The position numbers and the translations under genes are program-made. A stretch of DNA of 62,686 nucleotides, taken from the sequence record DRR723986_11201; one strand, 5' to 3'. Positions within the stretch are counted from its first letter, which is position 1. Each line of letters starts with the position of its first letter. Positions 1 to 9,574 of the stretch are shown piece after piece. The notes under the pieces were generated by a model, which saw nothing but the letters and a program-made list of their open reading frames with translations, did no database searches and was not told where the DNA came from.

Positions 1-2
1 CG

Positions 3-506
3 AACCAGCAGCCTGTTGCGGTACCCAACCAGGTGCCGTCCCAGGTGCCGCAGCAGGTTCCAACGCCACAGCCGGTGCTTGTACCGCAGTTAGTCCATGC
101 GCCGCACCCGACCCATGTACACGTAACCGGCAACGGTTCAGGTGCCAAACCCACAGTGTCCCCGACCGGTCAGCGCCCAGTGCTTGTGTCACATAAGCCC
201 GTGACAGCCCCAGGGAAACCACTGGTTGTGAGCGTACCGGGCAAAAACACGCCGACTGTCACCCCGGGGCAAGTTCCCGCTACGGTTACACACCAGGTCA
301 CTCCCGTGGTGACCAGGGTTTCGCCCCCAACTGGAGGCGCGGAACTCTGGATTGCGGAGGTTGTAGAACCGGGTATTAACAATCGCGAGGTAGAGCTGTA
401 CCGCAGCGAGGACGCGGAGGAAGTCCTGTATAAAGATGTGATCCCTATGGACAAGACCGGGTTCCATCTCACAGTCGTGGGGATCAGGCCGCCTTCCTAT
501 TACTGA
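3..506 (+). CDS. C-terminal part of a Pro/Val/Thr/Gln-rich low-complexity protein with a short globular C-terminal domain (5'-truncated by window)
   Basis: Frame is open from base 3 (NQQPVAVPNQVPSQVPQQVPTPQP...) to TGA at 504-506; repeated QVP/VTP units are followed by ~55 aa of normal composition. Confidence 0.7.
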   Translation, partial: NQQPVAVPNQVPSQVPQQVPTPQPVLVPQLVHAPHPTHVHVTGNGSGAKPTVSPTGQRPVLVSHKPVTAPGKPLVVSVPGKNTPTVTPGQVPATVTHQVTPVVTRVSPPTGGAELWIAEVVEPGINNREVELYRSEDAEEVLYKDVIPMDKTGFHLTVVGIRPPSYY

Positions 507-560
507 CGCTGGTCGTAGGCTTGGAGCTATTTCCAGCGTTTCGGGGATTGCTGTGCGGCT

Positions 561-1952
561 TCACTCAGCTTTAAACGTCGTCGAACCATACTCTTGCGCA
601 GCCAAAGCGGTCTTCGCAACAAGGTAATCCGCAACAGCCTGATAGGCGGGTAGTGACGTTGGATCGATGAGCCCGTTTTGCGGAAACGGTGAGGATGCCA
701 GGCGAACGATGACCATGTCCGCCGCCGGATCAATATAGATAGTCTGCCCGTGTACGCCCCGCGCAGCGAAAGCGCGATTCTGGTTGTGGAAGTGCCACCA
801 TTGGCTGGAATAGCTGCCGTCCGCAATGGTGGGGAAGCCCTCGAATTTTGCAGGATCGCCTCCCGCCCGAATGGCCTTCACTACTTTTTCGGGAAACAGG
901 CGCTCGCCATTAATCACACCGCCATTGAGCATCAACAGCCCCAGCCTGCCGAGATCCCGAAGCCCTGCTGTGATACCTCCACCCGCGAACGGCACGCCTA
1001 TGCCGTCGACGGTCTGGTAGGCGTCCTGTTCAGCGCCCATGCGCCGCCAGAGCCGGTCCGAAGCGAGGTCTGTGACGGACTTGCCGGAAACCCGGCTGAC
1101 GATCCACCCGAGCATGTCCGAGTTGATTGTCTTGTAATGGAAGGCCTCTCCATGATTGCCCTCGGCCTGCACCTGCTGGAGGTACTGCCAATAGCCGTTG
1201 GGACCTGTATAGCCAGGTGGCCTGGATATGGGGCTGGCGGCGCGGGAATAGATCCAGACGTCGGCGTTCGGATCAGAGTAATCCTCCGAGTACTTCACGC
1301 CGGTGGTCATGTCCATAACCTGGCGCACGGTCGCGTTGGCAAAGGCGCTGCCGTCGATCTCCGGAATGATATCAACGACCTGCAGGCCGTCGTCCAACGC
1401 GCCTTCTGCTATGAGTATTTCCGCCAGCAGGCCGGTAACCGATTTCGTCATCGACATGATCGCGTGCTTGCCATCTTCTTCCAGACAGCCGAAATACCGC
1501 TCATAGACTATCTCACCACGATGCAGCACAAGCATGCCATCCGTGTAGTTGGCATAGAGCGATTCCTTCCAGGTCATGGCCTCCTTGCTGTTCATCGGCA
1601 GGAAACTGAGTGCATCGATTGCATCCTCATCGAGTGCCCGCGGTATCAGGCTCGGCGCACCCAGTCCCCGGCTAATTTGCTCAGTGGGCAGAAACTCACG
1701 CAGATGGCAGACCGACCAGCGCAGCTTTGGAAACCGGAAATAGTTTGAATCTGGCTGCGTAATGAGCCGATCGTCGGCTGGCGGAAAGCCCTGCATCCAC
1801 CCCATCACCCGGGGGTCGGACTCTTCGGCACTCAGAACCCTGCGAGCCGCCTCAGATTCGTTATCCGTGGGCTCACCCGCCAGCGCTGAAGCTGCTCCCC
1901 AGATGCCAGCAAAAGTTAAAAAAAGCGCGACTATAGTGGGATGGACTTGCAT
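561..1952 (-). CDS. Serine hydrolase, beta-lactamase/class C fold (NylB 6-aminohexanoate-dimer hydrolase-like), secreted
   Basis: SxxK motif (SMTKS), FHYKT tyrosine motif, ARGVHGQ; N-terminal signal peptide; GGAGG RBS upstream. Confidence 0.85.
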   Translation of the reverse strand: MQVHPTIVALFLTFAGIWGAASALAGEPTDNESEAARRVLSAEESDPRVMGWMQGFPPADDRLITQPDSNYFRFPKLRWSVCHLREFLPTEQISRGLGAPSLIPRALDEDAIDALSFLPMNSKEAMTWKESLYANYTDGMLVLHRGEIVYERYFGCLEEDGKHAIMSMTKSVTGLLAEILIAEGALDDGLQVVDIIPEIDGSAFANATVRQVMDMTTGVKYSEDYSDPNADVWIYSRAASPISRPPGYTGPNGYWQYLQQVQAEGNHGEAFHYKTINSDMLGWIVSRVSGKSVTDLASDRLWRRMGAEQDAYQTVDGIGVPFAGGGITAGLRDLGRLGLLMLNGGVINGERLFPEKVVKAIRAGGDPAKFEGFPTIADGSYSSQWWHFHNQNRAFAARGVHGQTIYIDPAADMVIVRLASSPFPQNGLIDPTSLPAYQAVADYLVAKTALAAQEYGSTTFKAE

Positions 1953-2401
1953 GACCTACCTCCGTCGAGAGTGTTGTGAACCTACATGAAAAACCTGGCT
2001 GCGTTGCGCCTTGGGCCGACGATTACAAGTCCCATGATGCCTGACGGACTATAGCTATCTAATTGCTTTCAATGGCTTTTTGACAAATATGCCGACCAAG
2101 GCCCCGTCATCTGCACCATTATAGTGCGGCGCTTTCCAAGCTGACGCCTCATCAACAGCACCAACCTGCCCCGCTGCACCTGAGCCACCAGGCCCCTCCA
2201 CTGCGCTAATACTTCGATCGCGCTACTCGACCTTCCAGGCGCTTGAGCCGAGGGCCTTGCCTTACACAATTTTCAATTGGCAGGTCCAGGGTTTAAGGCG
2301 TAGACTCCCCGAGTGGAGAATTAACCGGACAAAACCTGGTCAATTAACGCGCGCAAAGCCGAAACTCCCAAAAAACGGCTCTTAGCAATGCTAAAGCCCC
2401 T

Positions 2402-4366
2402 ATGAGTTCTAATGATAGCTTGTTTGCAGTACCTACTTACAGATTACTAGCCGACAGACGGGCCAGTGCCGCTAAGCCTGCGGAACGCACTGCCCCGCTT
2501 CTACTTGTTCTGACACTTCTTACATTATTAATGGTATTCCCACGGCCCGCGGCAGCGACGGTGCCGGTCTGGGAAGACGAGGCCAAGAACCTAACGCCGC
2601 AAGAGATATTCGAACAAAGAGACCTGCTATTCCACGAACAATCACCCAAGATCGAACGTCTTTCGAAATCCTATTGGTGGTTTCTTGTTGAAATTAGCAA
2701 CGAAGGGCAACAACCCGAACTGCGCTACATCGTCTTTACAGTGCCTTCTGTAAAGCCAACACATGCTTTTGAATTTCGTGATGGAATCACGAGTGAGCAG
2801 ATATTCGCAACAAGCTCAAAGAATTTGGTGTCGACCAACAGAACGCATCTGACGACTTTTGAATACCTTCTTGGGCCAGGCGAAACTCGCACCGTATTAA
2901 TTAGAAAAGAAGCAGGTTTGGATACGTCTAGCGTTGACTTTGAAATTCTTGATAACGAAGGCTATAAAACCAGACTAATCTCCAGCACGGCAAAGCTTGC
3001 TATCCCAGTTGGCCTACTGGCCGCACTGCTCATTTGTAATCTTTTTTACTTTTTCTCGACAAGAGATTCCTTATTCGCTTTCTACTCCCTTTATCTGGCT
3101 TCCTCGATGCTCCTACCGGTAGCCCGTTTTGGCGGCCTTCAGTACATGGAACTGCCAGACAGCCTGGAGCAATCCATGACAGTGGTAAGCGGCGGCCTGG
3201 GGCCGGTGTTTTTTGCATTGACACTACATGGCGTGCTACGAGACTTGCAGTCAGCGGTAATCAAGTGGTTGTGTTTCGGCTTAGTCATCCCAGTTTCCAC
3301 TTTGATAGTGTTGATAGGGCTCTTCGACCCGGGTCTGGGCGTCATGATCTTTCTCTCGTGGGGTTTAGGGCGGTTAGCGGCTTTTGCGCTCTTGCTCATC
3401 GTCATTATCGGGCTCGTACGACGCCATCCTCTATCTCCTTACTTGGCGCTTGGATTTTTGGCATTGTTCACGGGCTATTTTATTGGGAGTTTGCGGTCGC
3501 AGGGCATAATCGGAGTCGAATTCAATGGCGCCGCTATCGCAGGCATCATTGTTGAAGGTTTTATTTTTACTTTTTTGCTCGCTTTACGTTTTCAGATTCA
3601 GCTTCGCGAGCGCCAGACTGAAGTTGAACAACGCGCTAAGCTGGAGCGTACCGCGCAAATGGCTTTGCTTGGCGAGATGGCGGCAAGTGTGAATCATGAA
3701 CTCAAGCAGCCCTTAAGCGCTATCAAATTGCTGGCTGAGAATCTTAAGCGACAAGCACAGGAAAACCCTGAGTCAGCGCTTGAGCGACTCCCCGTAAAGC
3801 TTGAACGCATCGCCTCACTGGTCGATAAAGCAGCGGGTATTGCTGATCATATGCGGCGCTCTTCGAGGTTGACTAGCGATGAGAGCGAACACGCGGATGT
3901 CAACAAAGCCATCGATGGCTGTCGCCTGATCATCGATCCGCAACTGATCGCAGGCCAGATCCAGCTAAAGATTAATGTTGAAAACAACCTTCCCTTGATC
4001 GCGGTTCATCCCCTGCGCTTCGATCAGGTTATTTTAAACCTTTTGACAAATGCCAAGGACGCACTGCTGTCAGTTGACCCTGGTACTAAAACGATTCAGG
4101 TCACAGCGCAACGCCTGGGTAAAGGCGAGGTTGAAATTCTGGTGGAAGACTCCGCAGGGGGTATCCCAGACGACGCGATAGCGCACGTATTCGAAAAGTT
4201 CTTCACGACAAAAGAAGCTGATGAAGGAACGGGCATAGGTTTGGCTATCTGTAAGGACATCATTGAGGACTCTGACGGCTCGATAACAGTCGCCAATACG
4301 GAAAACGGGGCGCAATTCAGGATTGTATTACCTGCCGTTCCGAGCGACCCGCCTCGGAAGGATTAG
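2402..4366 (+). CDS. Membrane sensor histidine kinase with 7TM-DISM-type extracellular and 7TM input
   Basis: H-box VNHELKQPL, N-box QVILNLLTNAKDA, EDSAGGI, FFTTK, GTGIGLAIC; periplasmic domain followed by ~7 hydrophobic helices; start codon uncertain. Confidence 0.88.
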   Translation: MSSNDSLFAVPTYRLLADRRASAAKPAERTAPLLLVLTLLTLLMVFPRPAAATVPVWEDEAKNLTPQEIFEQRDLLFHEQSPKIERLSKSYWWFLVEISNEGQQPELRYIVFTVPSVKPTHAFEFRDGITSEQIFATSSKNLVSTNRTHLTTFEYLLGPGETRTVLIRKEAGLDTSSVDFEILDNEGYKTRLISSTAKLAIPVGLLAALLICNLFYFFSTRDSLFAFYSLYLASSMLLPVARFGGLQYMELPDSLEQSMTVVSGGLGPVFFALTLHGVLRDLQSAVIKWLCFGLVIPVSTLIVLIGLFDPGLGVMIFLSWGLGRLAAFALLLIVIIGLVRRHPLSPYLALGFLALFTGYFIGSLRSQGIIGVEFNGAAIAGIIVEGFIFTFLLALRFQIQLRERQTEVEQRAKLERTAQMALLGEMAASVNHELKQPLSAIKLLAENLKRQAQENPESALERLPVKLERIASLVDKAAGIADHMRRSSRLTSDESEHADVNKAIDGCRLIIDPQLIAGQIQLKINVENNLPLIAVHPLRFDQVILNLLTNAKDALLSVDPGTKTIQVTAQRLGKGEVEILVEDSAGGIPDDAIAHVFEKFFTTKEADEGTGIGLAICKDIIEDSDGSITVANTENGAQFRIVLPAVPSDPPRKD

Positions 4367-4518
4367 CTTCAAAAGCGTCACGACCCCTGCTTCAATTTGC
4401 CCTGTACTTGCCAACCGTCCCGACGACTATTGTGCTATCAAAAACGTCTTGATTAGCGTCATAGTGCTTACGTAATCTATCCCCTTTGCGGACACTCAAC
4501 TCACGAGGAGATTTGCGT

Positions 4519-5748
4519 ATGCAAAACCTGATGGAGCCTGAGGTGCAGGCATGCCCTTATCCGCTGTATCGTCAGCTGCGTTCAGAGGCACCCATCTATC
4601 GCATGCCCGAAACCGGGTTCTTCCTGGTCACAAATTTTGACCTCTGCAATGAGATTATCCGGCAGCCCGATCGGTTTATCAGTGGGGTGTCTCCCATGGC
4701 CCTGAATAGCGACGGCGTCCCCAGCGAGGTGATGGCCGTCTACCAGGACCATGGCTGGGTTCCGGCAGCCTCCTGCTCGACCTCGGACAGGCCACGGCAT
4801 ACCAAGGTCAGAGGCTTGTTATCGCAACTGTTCACCCTGGCCAAAGTTCGCTCCATGGCGCCTTACATCGAACACACCGCCAACACTCTGTTGGACGCCT
4901 TCGTTCAATCCGGTGAGTGTGAGTTTGTGAAGGCCTTCTCGCATCCACTACCCATGATCGTGATCGCCGAGCAGATCGGCGTTGACGCCAACGATATCGA
5001 GCTGTTCAAGCGCTGGTCAGACGCAATCGTTGAGCCTTTCGGCATGATGATTACCAGGGAGCGGGAAGTGGAATGCGCGCGCCTGGTTGTGGAGATGCAG
5101 CACTTCTTCAAGGAACAGATCGATATTCGTCAGTCACAGCCGACCGACGACATCCTCTCTCAACTGGCTAACGCCGAATATGCGGGTGGGGAGGCGATAC
5201 CGATGAATGAACTGCTAACGATTGTTACGATCGATCTGCTGGCGTCAGGCAACGAAACAACCACGGCCGGGATTTCATCTGGCATGCTGCTGCTTGCCGA
5301 ACAGCCAGAGCTGCTGGCTGCCATCCAGGAAGACGCCGAGCTGATACCAACATTTGTTGAGGAAGTGTTGCGGCTCGAGTCTCCGGCGCAGGGCATGTTT
5401 CGCCAGGTAACCGAAGATACGACCATTGGCGGCGTAGAGCTCCGCGAGGGCGATGTACTGAGCCTGCGCTTCGGTGCCGCGAATCGAGACGAGGCTGCCT
5501 TCCAGAACGCCGATCAGGTGGACCTCCATCGCAAGAAGGCCGGTGGCCATCTCGCGTTTGGCGTCGGCAGGCATCATTGTGTCGGCGCGCCATTGGCCCG
5601 CCAGGAGATGCTGATCAGCTTCCAGATTATTGCCCAGCGCCTGCGCAGCATCAGGCTGAAGAATCCGGGCGCACCGCTCAAGTACTCACCCAGTTTTTTT
5701 GGTCGCAACCTGGAATCCCTGGAGATCGAGTTTGAGCCCTCGCGGTAG
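4519..5748 (+). CDS. Cytochrome P450
   Basis: I-helix ASGNETT, ExxR (EEVLR), heme motif FGVGRHHCVG; ATG 4519 preceded by GAGGAG. Confidence 0.95.
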   Translation: MQNLMEPEVQACPYPLYRQLRSEAPIYRMPETGFFLVTNFDLCNEIIRQPDRFISGVSPMALNSDGVPSEVMAVYQDHGWVPAASCSTSDRPRHTKVRGLLSQLFTLAKVRSMAPYIEHTANTLLDAFVQSGECEFVKAFSHPLPMIVIAEQIGVDANDIELFKRWSDAIVEPFGMMITREREVECARLVVEMQHFFKEQIDIRQSQPTDDILSQLANAEYAGGEAIPMNELLTIVTIDLLASGNETTTAGISSGMLLLAEQPELLAAIQEDAELIPTFVEEVLRLESPAQGMFRQVTEDTTIGGVELREGDVLSLRFGAANRDEAAFQNADQVDLHRKKAGGHLAFGVGRHHCVGAPLARQEMLISFQIIAQRLRSIRLKNPGAPLKYSPSFFGRNLESLEIEFEPSR

Positions 5749-5838
5749 AACACGTTGCGCCGCAGAGAGTCCACACCCAGTGAGCACTCACATCGAACGC
5801 GCCCCTTATTGGTCAACGAATAAACCCGGTACTCAACT

Positions 5839-6318
5839 ATGAACACGCCATTCAGTGACGCCGAAATCGCACAGCTTAGAACCTTGCTGGAAATCGAGGC
5901 AATACGCCAACTGCATATCGACTACTCGATGGCCATGGATGAGAGAAACTTTGACAAGCTGGCCCGGTGTTTCGCCGATGACGTCGTGTGTGAGTACGGG
6001 CCATATGGCTCCTGGTCAGGCAAAGACACCGTTATGACCAATTACCGCAACGCCCTGAGCGGGGATCTCGCCGCGCCCTTTACTTCCCAGCATATCAATA
6101 CGAATCACAGCGTAGAGTTGCTCTCCCCGACGGAGGCCAAGGGCCGATGTTACCTGTTGGATGTGGCCACCCATGTTGCGCCAGAAGAAAACCCCATACT
6201 CTGGTTTGCGCTCTATGATGAGGAATACCGAAAAGAGCATGGCCACTGGGTCTTTACCCGGTCCAGCCTCCAATTTTTCTGGCCGGAGCGACATATCACG
6301 CCGCCATTCCCGGAATGA
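5839..6318 (+). CDS. SnoaL/NTF2-like protein (BaiE/LinA-like)
   Basis: EIEAIRQL...YSMAMD...CFADD, QHINTNH and YDEEYRK..G.W pattern typical of the SnoaL_4 family. Confidence 0.85.
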   Translation: MNTPFSDAEIAQLRTLLEIEAIRQLHIDYSMAMDERNFDKLARCFADDVVCEYGPYGSWSGKDTVMTNYRNALSGDLAAPFTSQHINTNHSVELLSPTEAKGRCYLLDVATHVAPEENPILWFALYDEEYRKEHGHWVFTRSSLQFFWPERHITPPFPE

Positions 6319-6340
6319 GTGAACCTTAGCGCGTGGAAAG

Positions 6341-6395
6341 CCAGCCCCTCCAGGTCACTGGAGCAGGCTGGGCGTGGCGGGCTAATTTCTTTTCG
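6341..6395 (+). terminator. GC-rich hairpin after the SnoaL gene, possible terminator or stabiliser
   Basis: CCAGCC-C-CTCCAG/GTCA loop/CTGGAG-CA-GGCTGG, with a T-rich tract at ~6386-6393. Confidence 0.4.
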
Positions 6396-6519
6396 CCAAA
6401 GCATTTTCCATAAGAATCAGAGCGTTAGGGATACGCTCAAGGACCGACTAATAGCGCGGAATGGGTTACACTGGCTAACCCAGCTCGGGTAGGCAGATGA
6501 CAGGAGAGATGAGGCAAGC

Positions 6520-6864
6520 ATGGCGTACGAATTAACCGGCAAGATCAAGCTGATCCAGGAAGCCAAGACCTTCGACAGCGGTTTCACCAAGCGGGAAATG
6601 GTAGTCATCGTTGAGGACGGGAAGTACCCCCAGGAGATCAACCTGGAATTCGTACAAGACAAGGTTGCCCTCCTCGATGCCCTGCAACCGGGCCAGGAAG
6701 TGACCGTGAGTTTTGATATTCGTGGTCGTGAATACAATGGCCGCTATTTCAATAACCTCCAGGGATGGAAGGTCGTCAGTGCTGGGGACAACCAGACCGC
6801 ACCGCCGGACGATTCCCATTACCCGACCCCCTCGGACTTTGACGATCAGGATATTCCGTTCTGA
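6520..6864 (+). CDS. DUF3127 family OB-fold protein with SSB-like acidic C-terminal tail
   Basis: ELTGKIK...FTKRE...YPQEINLEFVQDK...VTVSFDIRGREYNGRYFNNLQGWK matches DUF3127; ends DFDDQDIPF; GAGG RBS. Confidence 0.85.
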   Translation: MAYELTGKIKLIQEAKTFDSGFTKREMVVIVEDGKYPQEINLEFVQDKVALLDALQPGQEVTVSFDIRGREYNGRYFNNLQGWKVVSAGDNQTAPPDDSHYPTPSDFDDQDIPF

Positions 6865-6966
6865 GCGAGGCTCGAGTCCGTTCAGGTCAACGTCGCCTTT
6901 CACCAGAAGAAGGGATTACGAGAGTAAACCACTGAGCACATAGTGGCCGCTGCCTGCCGGTGCATT

Positions 6967-6995
6967 TTGACTTTGACCATTGCCTGCTCTAGCGT
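6967..6995 (+). promoter_or_regulatory. Candidate sigma70 promoter of the Rieske-CoA ligase operon
   Basis: TTGACT (6967-6972)-N17-TAGCGT (6990-6995). Confidence 0.45.
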
Positions 6996-7037
6996 GAGAT
7001 AAGCCTGTAATTGCGCAAATACATATTGGAGCCCGGC

Positions 7038-8003
7038 ATGAATATTGCGACTGACAGCGGCGCCCGCTTTCCCTTTCCACTACCGTTCGGCTGGTTTCAT
7101 ATCGGCTTTACTGACGATCTCGCGGCCGGCGAGATCAAGAATATCCGACGATTCGGCCTGGATCTGGTGTTATGGCGCTCTGCTGAGGGCCAGTACACCT
7201 TGCAGGTAGCCTACTGCCCGCACCTGGGGGCCCACTTCGGTCACGGTGGCGAAGTCACTGATCAGGGTATTAAATGCCCATTCCACCACTGGGTTTTTAA
7301 CAACGCCGGGCGCGTCGTCGCCATTCCCTATGCCAAAAAGCTGAACGAGAAGGCCTGTGTCAGAACGTTTCCGTTGGTGGAGCGCCATGGGATCCTCATG
7401 GGCTGGTATCACCCCGATGGCGAGGCGCCGCTTTACGAGCTACCCACCCTGCCGGAACTGGAAGACCCGGCTTACACCCGTCTGATCTCTACTGAGCATC
7501 GCATTGCCACCTGTCTTCAAGAGATGGGAGAGAACGCCGCCGACGGCGCGCACTTTGTCACTGTGCACGGGCATCCGGGAGACGCCGAATACAGCCGCTT
7601 CGACTTCGAACCCTATCGCATGATTATGGAGAGCACCCAGTTATTCCCGAGCTCCGGCGGGCCGGTAGAGGGGACCCTCAAGAGCACCAGCGTCGGCTTT
7701 GGCTGGGCGGAAGTGCGCTATAAAACGCTTATCGAAGTCTGCATGCTGACCACCAATGCACCTGTCGACGACAAGACCGTTGTCCAGCTCTTCCACGTGT
7801 CCTGGAAGAATCCCGATGGCGACCCCAGGATTGATCGTATCGGCCAGGCCTTCAACAAAGAAGTAAATCGCCAGCTGACCGACGATGCCAAGATCTGGGA
7901 GCACAAACGCTTTGAGCCGAATCCCGCACTCTGTGATGGCGATGGCCCCATAGCCAAGTACCGGAAATGGGCAAGCCAGTTTTACCAGCAGGCGACTGCA
8001 TGA
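7038..8003 (+). CDS. Rieske non-heme iron oxygenase, KshA/Neverland (cholesterol 7-desaturase)-like
   Basis: Rieske CPHLGAH...CPFHHW; mononuclear Fe motif ENAADGAHFVTVH; C-terminal DAKIWEHK...DGPIAKYRKWASQFY; GGAG RBS before ATG 7038. Confidence 0.88.
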   Translation: MNIATDSGARFPFPLPFGWFHIGFTDDLAAGEIKNIRRFGLDLVLWRSAEGQYTLQVAYCPHLGAHFGHGGEVTDQGIKCPFHHWVFNNAGRVVAIPYAKKLNEKACVRTFPLVERHGILMGWYHPDGEAPLYELPTLPELEDPAYTRLISTEHRIATCLQEMGENAADGAHFVTVHGHPGDAEYSRFDFEPYRMIMESTQLFPSSGGPVEGTLKSTSVGFGWAEVRYKTLIEVCMLTTNAPVDDKTVVQLFHVSWKNPDGDPRIDRIGQAFNKEVNRQLTDDAKIWEHKRFEPNPALCDGDGPIAKYRKWASQFYQQATA

Positions 8004-9574
8004 CCACCATAGACCTCGGCAACACAGAAAACCGTTTACTGGGGACCGTGCTGACCCACTATGCCGCGACCATTCCTGATCGCTGTTTTCTGAGAACAGA
8101 GACCGAGTCTGTCAGCTATCGGGAGATGCTGCACACGGCCCAGACCTATGGCGCCGGCTTGCAGGCGATGGGCTTGTCGTCCGGCGACAGAATCTGCCTG
8201 CTCATGGACAGCTGCATTGACTACGTTGCGCTGACCCTGGCGGCAAACCTGATTGGCGTGATCTGGATTCCGGTAAACACGGACTACCGGGGTGAGTGGC
8301 TGGAAACCACGCTGACCGACAGCGATCCCGCCCTGCTGATCTGCGATGCGCAATTCAATGAGCGTGTCGATGCGACTGCCTGCAGTACGCTTAAGAGAAT
8401 TAACCGCGAGGCACTCGCTGCCGAGCTGGCTCAAGCCGGCAGTGAACCCACGCTGCCCCAACTGCACTATGGCGACACCGCATCGGTGATGTGGACTTCC
8501 GGTACTACCGGCAAGGCCAAGGGGGTTATGCAGAGTCACAACGCCTGGATACGCAGCTCCCTGAGCGCGGCAGAGATGGGCAAGATGGCCACCGGCGACG
8601 TAGCTTACAACGTGCTGCCCCTGCACAACTCAGCCGCCTGGGTAACCAACATCTACCCTGCCCTGCTGACCGGCGCCACCTGCGCCATGGATCCGATGTT
8701 CTCAGCCAGCAACTTCTGGGAGCGCACCCGCCACTTCAGTGCGACCCATACCTTTACCCTCGGCGCCATGCACATGTTTCTGTGGGCAGCCCCACCACGG
8801 GAGGATGATAAGGATAACCCTGTCCGCAGCACCAATATGGTACCGATGCCGGATGAGATCAGAGAGCCCTTCAAGCAACGCTTTGGTATCGATGAGATTC
8901 ACCAGGGCTTTGGCCAGAGCGAAGTCATGCTGCTGATGAGGCGACCCGACTGGGGCGACAAGACCTGGCCACCCAATGCACTCGGTACCGTGGCCAGCGA
9001 TATCGAGATCATGCTGCAAGATGATGAGGGCAAGGCCGTGGCGCAGGGCGAGGCCGGCGAACTCTGTGTGAAAGAAAAGGAACCTCACGTCCTGTTCAAC
9101 GGTTACTTCAACAATCCCGAGGCGAATGAAACCGCCTTTCGCGGCGGCTGGTATCACACCGGCGACCTGCTGCGCCAGGGTGAGGACCACAACTACTTCT
9201 TCGTCGACCGCAAGAGCGACCTGATTCGCTATAAGGGCCGTTCGGTAAGCTCGCTGGCGGTTGAAGCAATTGCCAGCCGCCATCCAGAGGTGGAGTCAGC
9301 AGCCGCCTATGGTATTCCATCGGCAGAGCTGACGTCCGAGCATGAGATTATGCTTGCCGCGATTTGCAGTAGTGGTGCCAGTATCACTCCCCGCGAACTT
9401 GCCGAGTTTATTAATGCGCATGCGCCCTACTATTTCGTGCCACGCTATATCGACTTTGTTGACGTGCTCCCGGTGACCCCAACGCAGAAGGTGCAAAAGA
9501 AACTGCTGCGCGAGCGGGGGGTTACTGCCACCACCTGGGATGCCCAGGCAGAGGGCTTTGTAGCTAGCCGATGA
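8000..9574 (+). CDS. AMP-binding acyl-CoA ligase (CaiC-like)
   Basis: TSGTTGKAKG P-loop, GFGQSE, YHTGDL, PVTPTQKVQK; ATGA overlap with the Rieske stop codon. Confidence 0.92.
   Translation: MTTIDLGNTENRLLGTVLTHYAATIPDRCFLRTETESVSYREMLHTAQTYGAGLQAMGLSSGDRICLLMDSCIDYVALTLAANLIGVIWIPVNTDYRGEWLETTLTDSDPALLICDAQFNERVDATACSTLKRINREALAAELAQAGSEPTLPQLHYGDTASVMWTSGTTGKAKGVMQSHNAWIRSSLSAAEMGKMATGDVAYNVLPLHNSAAWVTNIYPALLTGATCAMDPMFSASNFWERTRHFSATHTFTLGAMHMFLWAAPPREDDKDNPVRSTNMVPMPDEIREPFKQRFGIDEIHQGFGQSEVMLLMRRPDWGDKTWPPNALGTVASDIEIMLQDDEGKAVAQGEAGELCVKEKEPHVLFNGYFNNPEANETAFRGGWYHTGDLLRQGEDHNYFFVDRKSDLIRYKGRSVSSLAVEAIASRHPEVESAAAYGIPSAELTSEHEIMLAAICSSGASITPRELAEFINAHAPYYFVPRYIDFVDVLPVTPTQKVQKKLLRERGVTATTWDAQAEGFVASR

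Noticed and set aside
2327-2400. c-di-GMP-I (GEMM) riboswitch (GGACAAAACC...CGCAAAGCC)
   Set aside because: No P2 stem with GAAA tetraloop or receptor; only short word matches
5746-5759. KstR-like box TAGAACACGTTGCG after the P450
   Set aside because: One mismatch, single copy, overlaps a stop codon; KstR is actinobacterial and no such regulator is in the window
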